A stretch of 64,000 bases of DNA, from NCBI GenBank assembly GCA_050250895.1, contig JBFWNU010000002.1, positions 663,659-727,658 of the forward strand. Direction: 5' to 3'. Position 1 is the stretch's first letter. Each line of letters begins with the position of its first letter. This document shows positions 57,523 to 64,000 of the stretch, piece by piece. Source of the DNA: Vulcanimicrobiota bacterium (GTDB lineage Bacteria > Vulcanimicrobiota > Xenobia > Xenobiales > JADMJV01). Below the pieces are notes generated by a model. That model had not been told where the DNA came from and ran no database searches. It saw nothing but the letters and a program-made list of their open reading frames with translations. A program made the translations under genes and the position numbers.

Positions 57523-59970
57523 ATGCACGCCAGTGGTCGACGATACTATGCGGGTTTGCGTCATGAGCTGGGCTTCCTGGCAGAGTCTGACAGCGCTAGG
57601 AGTTACCTCGCGGCGTGCGAATCAACGTCTGTGCCGCCAGGTCCGACCAGCCAGCTCAAAGTTGCCTCCATCCTGGTAGCGACGGTTACTTTGCTGGTCG
57701 CTCTGGCGGCGTCCAGCCAGCCATCATCCTGGTGGATTGCGCTCTCTCTGCTTTTCTTGGCAGTGATTTGCGAGTTGATGTCGGTAGGCTTGCGTCACTG
57801 TGGCCGGGTGAGCTTCATTTTCTCGTGTTGTCTGGTAGCCGCTCAGTCGCCCTCGGTCGGTCCGGGCTGGGCAGGGCTGATGACACTGCTCGCTTTATCC
57901 TCCCGGTTGGCGCCTTCCCATATCGATCTCGGCACCCGCGCGCTCGAGCTGGCTACGGAGGGTCTGCCCATTGCGTTGGCCCTCTGGGCGGGGTTGCTGG
58001 TCGACCCGGCCAGCCAGGCGCTCAAAGCCAGTGTGGTGGTGTATCTGGGCGCTCTTTGGTGGCTGGTCCCGTGGCTGCTCCCGGTCGAGTCCAATTACCG
58101 CGCCGCTCGTTCTACGAGTTTTCCCCTGGTGGCCCTCACGGTCCTGGCCAGCGCTTGCCTGGCTGGTCGTGATGACAGCCTGGTCTGGTTTGGGCTCATT
58201 CCGGTGCTGGCTAGTCTTAGCTGTGTTGGGTTGATGGAGAGCTATCGCGACCAGGAGCGGGCTTCGCTCTTTCTAGAGCGTCATTCCCGGGCCAACCAGC
58301 AACTTCAGACGGATCTTCATCTGGTTCAGGGTGAACTCGAGGAGCGGCTGGCCGAGCGCAGCTTGCTCGAGGAATTGGCTCACACCTTCGCGGCAACCCC
58401 CGATCTCGAGCATACGGTCCGGGCTTCTTTGGAGGTGTTTCGTCGGCTGGTCGAGGTGGACAGTCTAGTTCTCTTCTTCCCCCGCGAGGGACGGCTCCTA
58501 CCGGCTCGTTGGCTGTCGAATTCAGCCGAGCGCCTGGAATCGGCCGAGTTGCTTGATCTGGCCGAACCGGTGGTAGAGCGGGCCTGGCAGCAGCAGAAGC
58601 TGGTCCTGACCAGTCGCCAGGACCTTGACCGTCCCCGCCTGCTCGAAGCCGAGAGGATGGCGGTTGCGCTGCCCTTGAAGCAACTGGGCGTGCTCTATCT
58701 AGGTAAATCCGATCCTTCTCCCTTTGAACGCCGACAACTCTATCTCATCGCCCTGGTGGCCGAGCCGATGATCCCGGCCCTCGAGTCTGGTCTGCGCCAG
58801 CAAGAACTCAAGGTCATGATGGCAAAGCTAGCCCGGCAGAAAGACGAACTGGCGCGGGTTAGCTACTATCAACGGTTGATGCTCGGTGGGTTTACCGACA
58901 TGGCGGGTCAGCCAGGCTCAGCCCAACTGGTGACTCGTTTCCAGCGGTTACTGGCTGAACTTTGCCCTCATCATCAGGCGGGTCGCCTCGAGCTGGCTGA
59001 CGGAACCGTTCATGGCTGGCCCCAGTCGGCGCCGATGCGCGAGCCGGTCGAAATGGAGGGCCCGGGTCTGTCTCACTTTCCATCCAGTCAGTTGTATGCG
59101 CCCCTGACGGTGGAAGGCCGTCCGGCTGGAAAGATCTGGCTCTTCCATAGCGAGGCCGAGGCGTTTTCTCCGGCGGATCTGGCCATGGTCCAGACCGCCG
59201 GCTACTTCGCCACGGCCCAGTTGCATATCGCTGAGCTGCTAGACCGGCTGACCCAGGCCAATCAGGCACTCAAAGAGTCACAGGCCCAGCTGGTGCAGTC
59301 CAGCAAAATGGCGGCGGTGGGCCAGCTCGCTGCCGGTATCGCCCACGAGCTCAACTCTCCGCTGGCAGCCGTCAAGCTGGCCCTCGGCTTGATCTCGGAG
59401 CGAATCGACCAGGATCGTCCTGAAAAGGCTCAGAGCCAGGTCAAGATGGCCGAAGAGGCCGTCGATACCGCCCGCGAGATCATCAGCAACCTGCTGGTCT
59501 ATTCGCGCCCGTCGGCTCCGACCATGGCGCCGGTCAACCCGCACCAGGTGGTGGAACGCACTCTGCGGATCGTCGAAGCTCCCCTTCGCAAGCGAGGCCT
59601 CGAACTCGGTTGCCAGCTCGAGCCGGTGCCTCAAATCCGAGGACGTGAGTCAGACCTGCGTCAGGTCTTGACCAATCTGCTCTTGAACGCTTGCGATGCC
59701 GCCGCCGAGCAGACCAGGCCACAAGTTCAGGTGGCCGTGCGCGCCCAGGGGGATCGGGTTCTTTTTGAAGTCAGCGACAACGGGCCCGGCGTGGCCGACG
59801 AGGTGGCCGACCGGCTGTTCGAGCCGTTCTTTACCACCAAAGCAGTGGGTGCCGGGACCGGGCTGGGCTTGTCGGTGGCTTATCAAATCGTCAAGGAGCA
59901 TCAAGGCAAACTGAGCTTTCACCGAGAGAACGGCCTGACAGTCTTCCGAGTGGACGTCCCCCGCCTGTGA
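57523..59970 (+). CDS. Membrane sensor histidine kinase with GAF-like domains
   Basis: Multiple N-terminal TMs; SSKMAAVGQLAAGIAHELNSPL, QVLTNLLLNA, DNGPG, FFTTK..GTGLGL; start uncertain. Confidence 0.92.
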   Translation: MHASGRRYYAGLRHELGFLAESDSARSYLAACESTSVPPGPTSQLKVASILVATVTLLVALAASSQPSSWWIALSLLFLAVICELMSVGLRHCGRVSFIFSCCLVAAQSPSVGPGWAGLMTLLALSSRLAPSHIDLGTRALELATEGLPIALALWAGLLVDPASQALKASVVVYLGALWWLVPWLLPVESNYRAARSTSFPLVALTVLASACLAGRDDSLVWFGLIPVLASLSCVGLMESYRDQERASLFLERHSRANQQLQTDLHLVQGELEERLAERSLLEELAHTFAATPDLEHTVRASLEVFRRLVEVDSLVLFFPREGRLLPARWLSNSAERLESAELLDLAEPVVERAWQQQKLVLTSRQDLDRPRLLEAERMAVALPLKQLGVLYLGKSDPSPFERRQLYLIALVAEPMIPALESGLRQQELKVMMAKLARQKDELARVSYYQRLMLGGFTDMAGQPGSAQLVTRFQRLLAELCPHHQAGRLELADGTVHGWPQSAPMREPVEMEGPGLSHFPSSQLYAPLTVEGRPAGKIWLFHSEAEAFSPADLAMVQTAGYFATAQLHIAELLDRLTQANQALKESQAQLVQSSKMAAVGQLAAGIAHELNSPLAAVKLALGLISERIDQDRPEKAQSQVKMAEEAVDTAREIISNLLVYSRPSAPTMAPVNPHQVVERTLRIVEAPLRKRGLELGCQLEPVPQIRGRESDLRQVLTNLLLNACDAAAEQTRPQVQVAVRAQGDRVLFEVSDNGPGVADEVADRLFEPFFTTKAVGAGTGLGLSVAYQIVKEHQGKLSFHRENGLTVFRVDVPRL

Positions 59971-61031
59971 GCCAGCCCGGTGCCAAAGCTCGCTGTCGTC
60001 CCGAAAGTCTGGTCGGATTCGCCAGAAACATGAGCGTTTTGCTGGGCTGCGGCATAGGCGTGCCCACCGCCCTCGAAGTCCTGGCCTCAAACCCTGACGA
60101 TCCAGCTCTGGGGGGCGCCCTCGAGCAGTTGGCCTCCAAGATCAGCCAGGGACACTCGCTCTCGGCGGCCATGCGGGATTTCCCCGGTATCTTCTCCGAC
60201 CTGCACCTGGGCCTGGTGGTGGCTGGTGAGCATTCAGGCCTGTTGGCCGAGTCCTTCCAGCAAGTGGCCGCCTGGACCGACCTCGATCTGCAGACGCGCC
60301 ACCGTCTCAGGGCCGTGCTGACCTATCCCGCCATCGTGGTGGCCGTGACCCTGGCCCTCACGTTCTTACTGTTTCGAGTCTTCATTCCTCAGATTCTCGG
60401 AGCCCTTCCGCCCGGGCTCGACCCGCCGGCGCTGACTCGCCTGTTGATGCTGATGACGAATATGACTCGCAATCCTGGTGTTTGGATTGTCGCGCTGGGC
60501 GCCTCCGGTCTGGTTTATTCCATCTTGCAAGAGCTGCGCCAGACACCGCACGGGGCCCGGGGACTGGCTCGACTGGGCCGTCGGATGCCGGTGGTCGGCC
60601 GCCTGATGATCGCCCTGGCCAGTACCCGCTACAGCCAGGCCATGAGCACCTTGTTGAGTCAGGGTCTGGCTGTGTTGACAGCCCTGCGATTGGCCGGTCG
60701 CGCCTGCGGTGACGCGCTCATTGCCTGGGACTGCGAGCGTTTGATTGCAAGTCTTCAGGAGGGGGAGACTCTAGCCGAGAGCATGGAGTCGCAACCCGAG
60801 GTCTACCCGCCGCTCCTCACCAGCCTGGTAGCCGTGGGTGAAGAGACCGGCAAGATGGTGGCGCTCTATCAACGCGCCTCAGAGATTTTCAGCCTGGAAT
60901 CCGAGCACTTGCTCGAGTCGTTGAGTGCCGCCCTCGAGCCAGTCGTGATGGGATTCGTGGCTTTGCTGGTCGGCTTCGTGGTCCTGGCCGTGTTTAGTTC
61001 TGTCTATGCTCAACTCAACAGTCTAGGTTGA
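59967..61031 (+). CDS. Type II secretion F / PilC family inner-membrane platform protein
   Basis: Two T2SSF repeats (G.SLS.AM..GEHSG; LTYP; GEETG..LEP); GTGA overlap with the kinase stop. Confidence 0.9.
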   Translation: MSQPGAKARCRPESLVGFARNMSVLLGCGIGVPTALEVLASNPDDPALGGALEQLASKISQGHSLSAAMRDFPGIFSDLHLGLVVAGEHSGLLAESFQQVAAWTDLDLQTRHRLRAVLTYPAIVVAVTLALTFLLFRVFIPQILGALPPGLDPPALTRLLMLMTNMTRNPGVWIVALGASGLVYSILQELRQTPHGARGLARLGRRMPVVGRLMIALASTRYSQAMSTLLSQGLAVLTALRLAGRACGDALIAWDCERLIASLQEGETLAESMESQPEVYPPLLTSLVAVGEETGKMVALYQRASEIFSLESEHLLESLSAALEPVVMGFVALLVGFVVLAVFSSVYAQLNSLG

Positions 61032-61090
61032 GGAGGGTAAAAATGGTGACAAGCGCGAGGTCAGCGCTGTTCGGTCGCGAAATTGGTGCA

Positions 61091-63034
61091 ATGGACAAGC
61101 GCGGAGCCACCATACTCGAGGTCCTGACCGTGGTCGGCATTCTCGGCGTTTTGCTGGTGAGTCTGACCTTCGGGCTCAATCGCTCGCGCAGTATGGAGAG
61201 CGTTCAGGCCGCCGAGTTGGTGGCCGAAGAATTGCGGGCCCTGCGGGCCAAGGCTCAGAGCGAGGGCATGCCCACCGGGCTGGTGATTCCCCTGACGCCG
61301 GAAGGCTACGCTACCGGCTACTACCTGGTGGAAGGCTACGGGCCCCCTCGGGTGGTTCGAATCCGGCCCTGGGACGGCGACTTCTCCCACGTCTACATGA
61401 TGGCCGGAGGCTGGTCCGGGGCTGCGGGGATGCTGCCGCCGGCCAATGGAGTCGAACTGGATCTGACGACCTGGACCTTGCCGGTGGCCGGGGACTACGT
61501 GCTTGCCTTCGAGCCCTCCGGACGCCTGACGACGAACGTGCCCGGTTGGTTGGGCCAGACCTGTTTGCTTTTTGCCACCAACGTGACCATCGGCGGGGGA
61601 GGACCCTCGGCCGCTCGGGGACTGGTATCTGTTTGCGTGAGCCCCGATGGTCTGGTCTCGGTCCAGAACGGGCTGCCTGATGGAAGCGCCCTGCCCAGCT
61701 TGGACAGCGATGGCAGCCGAGCCTCCAACCGCGTCCTGCCGACGGTGACGCCGCCACCCAGCGGCAGCCCGCCGGCCATCGACCAGATGGTGAACTATCC
61801 CAAGCGGTCCCCGAGTTTACCCACCGACATCGAGGCCTCGGTCCAGGTGGGCCAGTACCTGCGCCTCGAGGTGCAGGCCTCGGACCCGGATGGGGGACCT
61901 CTGACCATCCGCTGGCAGGCCACCCGCCTTAATGGTCAGCCGGATACCGGGCAGTTTTCAGGCGCGGCGGCCGAGAAAATGCGCTGGTCGGGTGGAGCCT
62001 GGCGTTCCGTCTGCGAATGGACTCCGCCTTCGGATAGCTCCTCGGCTACGCCCGAAGAGTTCGTTTTGGAGTGTACTGTAGAGGACCCGGAAGGAAACCA
62101 GGTCCAGGGCCGACTGGGCACCAGCGCCGGAAAGGTCTGGGCGCTGCGGGACGGACTGGTGCTGTGGGATACTCAAAGGTTCGGCGGGCGCGTGATCATG
62201 GCCGCCAACAGCGACGGCAGCGACCCCCATCGCTTGACTCCTCCGGGCGTCAACGCCGCCTATCCCAAAGCCTCGCCGTTCGGTGACTGCATTGCCTTCA
62301 CTTCCTGGTCAGCCGGGTTGTTCGTAATGAACCGGGACGGGACGGATATTCGGCTGGTGACCCTGCCACCCCCTGGACCCAAGACGGATATCTTCAATCT
62401 CTGCTGGAGCCCGGACGGCACCAAACTGGCCTTTAGTGTGCGCGAATACAACCCCTCCCCGATGGCGTCGGTGCTCGAGGATCTCTATGTGGTCGGGGTG
62501 GACGGCTCGGGCCTGAGGTTGGTGGCCCAGGACCTTCCGGTGACTTACAATCAGGGCACCCCGATGGGCTGGGGCTTTACGGGCACGAATTACGTCAGCA
62601 CCGACTGGTCCAGCCAGTATCTGCTGTACAGTCAGGACGCTATGGGTCCCGGTCTCAAGCAGACCTTGCGGTTTGCGCTGGACCCGATCCTGACTCCGGC
62701 TCCTTCGGTCCCCTACACCAATGGGGGCAGTCCTGTTTGGGACCTTCAGTTCTCGATTGACTGTCGCAAGGCGGTGGGTATCGAGGGGTTTCAGCTTTGC
62801 ACCTACGATATCGACCCCTTGACCGGGGACCTGGCCAACCCCAATCCGACCTCGGTCGACGGTTACCATCCTGCTTTCTCCTATGATGGCTCTCGCGTCA
62901 CCTACACGCATTGGACCGGCAGCGGGGGGGAGCTGTGGGTGATGGACACATCGGGGGGCAATCAGCAGCCCATCAGCCAATCGGGCTGGGACCAGGGGGG
63001 CAACTGGTTGGTCGGCGGAGGCCTGATTGAGTAG
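61091..63034 (+). CDS. Large pilin-like protein: prepilin N-terminus + Ig-like domain + TolB/PD40-like beta-propeller
   Basis: KRG|ATILE then hydrophobic helix; ASDPDG Ig-like; SPFG, WSPDG, FS.DG repeats. Confidence 0.8.
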   Translation: MDKRGATILEVLTVVGILGVLLVSLTFGLNRSRSMESVQAAELVAEELRALRAKAQSEGMPTGLVIPLTPEGYATGYYLVEGYGPPRVVRIRPWDGDFSHVYMMAGGWSGAAGMLPPANGVELDLTTWTLPVAGDYVLAFEPSGRLTTNVPGWLGQTCLLFATNVTIGGGGPSAARGLVSVCVSPDGLVSVQNGLPDGSALPSLDSDGSRASNRVLPTVTPPPSGSPPAIDQMVNYPKRSPSLPTDIEASVQVGQYLRLEVQASDPDGGPLTIRWQATRLNGQPDTGQFSGAAAEKMRWSGGAWRSVCEWTPPSDSSSATPEEFVLECTVEDPEGNQVQGRLGTSAGKVWALRDGLVLWDTQRFGGRVIMAANSDGSDPHRLTPPGVNAAYPKASPFGDCIAFTSWSAGLFVMNRDGTDIRLVTLPPPGPKTDIFNLCWSPDGTKLAFSVREYNPSPMASVLEDLYVVGVDGSGLRLVAQDLPVTYNQGTPMGWGFTGTNYVSTDWSSQYLLYSQDAMGPGLKQTLRFALDPILTPAPSVPYTNGGSPVWDLQFSIDCRKAVGIEGFQLCTYDIDPLTGDLANPNPTSVDGYHPAFSYDGSRVTYTHWTGSGGELWVMDTSGGNQQPISQSGWDQGGNWLVGGGLIE

Positions 63035-63815
63035 ACGGGGGATTCTCTTGCTGGAGGCGGTTCTGGCCATCTTCGTCGTTCTGATCGGGGTCGTTCTGGT
63101 GGCCTCGATGCTGCAGCAGAATGCCCGTCAGAGCGGGCTCCAGGGGCAGGGTCACGAGCAGATCGCCCTGGGTGAACAAGTGATGGCCGAGATTCGCGAT
63201 TGGGCCAACGACCCCAATAACTTTCGGGCCGGCTGGGCCGTCTGGAACGGACGCACGGTCACCCACGCGAGCAACAGTTCGGTCGCAGCCAACGTGGTCT
63301 GCGACCCGGCCGGAGTGGACCTGTCCAGTCCCAGCAGCGAACTCGAGGCCAACTGGCCGGGAAGAGAACGGGTTCTTGCGCGCGCGGTGGTGCCGGTGGA
63401 GGTGACCGTGCAAGCACCCCCTCTACGCCCGCTGCGCCTGTTATCTTACATCCCCGAACCCCCCAGCCCGCTCGACTCGGCCGCTCGCGTGACCGTAACC
63501 GTGGCCGGGGCGACGCCAGTCCCTCAGGCCGCCCAGGTCACTCTCGCCGCCAGCCTGACCGACGCCGGCGGGAACACCATCGACAACCTCAGCTACCAAT
63601 GGTTTTTACAGCCCGAGACCGGCAACGCCAGTCTGATGTTGTCGACGGCCCCGCGCCGGGGCCAGACCATGGACCTGCTGCACGAGTTGCGCACTCCGGG
63701 GATCGGCGTGACCGGTTATGCCCCTGGCACGGTCCGTATCAGGGCCAGAGCACGCTACTTCGGGCAGATCGTCGAAAACGGCGAGCCCCCAGAACCGGTC
63801 GTGAACCTGCAGTGA
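63027..63815 (+). CDS. Minor pilin/pseudopilin-like protein
   Basis: RRG|ILLLE class III signal, hydrophobic helix, Ig-like C-terminus. Confidence 0.78.
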   Translation: MSRRGILLLEAVLAIFVVLIGVVLVASMLQQNARQSGLQGQGHEQIALGEQVMAEIRDWANDPNNFRAGWAVWNGRTVTHASNSSVAANVVCDPAGVDLSSPSSELEANWPGRERVLARAVVPVEVTVQAPPLRPLRLLSYIPEPPSPLDSAARVTVTVAGATPVPQAAQVTLAASLTDAGGNTIDNLSYQWFLQPETGNASLMLSTAPRRGQTMDLLHELRTPGIGVTGYAPGTVRIRARARYFGQIVENGEPPEPVVNLQ

Positions 63816-64000
63816 AGCGCGGATTTACCATGCTCGAGCTGCTGGCGACCCTTTTGCTGTTGGGGGTGGCCTTCGTGGCGGCCGCAGACCTGGCCCGCGA
63901 TCTGGCTTCGTTTCACCGCCTCGAGAGCGACGAAACGCGTCGCACCGTGGCCGCTCGCCAGGTTTTGGACTATCTGGCCGGCGAGGCCTCGCGGGCGGTC
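63812..64000 (+). CDS. Prepilin-type protein, 3'-truncated by window edge
   Basis: GTG 63812 (GTGA overlap); KRG|FTMLELLATLLLLGV. Confidence 0.8.
   Translation, partial: MKRGFTMLELLATLLLLGVAFVAAADLARDLASFHRLESDETRRTVAARQVLDYLAGEASRAV

Overview
GC-rich bacterial window with dense coding. Gene content (DUF881, secretin-N domains, type IV pilin-like genes, REC-BTAD regulators, many orphan proteins) suggests a diderm Terrabacteria member, possibly Ca. Eremiobacterota; this is inference only. In order it holds: two tandem nSTAND1-NTPase/FGE-sulfatase proteins with degenerate cyclase-like and SIR2-like N-termini; a metallophosphoesterase, a PLP decarboxylase, paired lipoproteins, an ATP-grasp protein and a secretin-N-only protein; an XRE-HTH/DUF559-like nuclease gene split by a -1 shift exactly at G_GGA_AAG, lying just downstream of a ~1.6 kb hierarchical array of 16 palindromes; two GT2 enzymes; housekeeping and metabolic genes (ldhA, agcS, putP, wecE, eno, metY, metA, mazG); a lower-GC islet of envelope proteins; a Clp ATPase, GMC oxidase and MATE exporter; an uncalled 55-aa amphipathic peptide gene; a kinase/FHA-cyclase module, an HD-GYP regulator, and a REC-BTAD/histidine kinase pair coupled to a PilC + pilin cassette cut by the right edge. 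No rRNA, tRNA, transposase or true CRISPR array was seen. The best candidate for an undescribed system is the palindrome array plus frameshifted HTH-nuclease at 12571-15215. All family calls are by-eye motif recognition; no searches were run.
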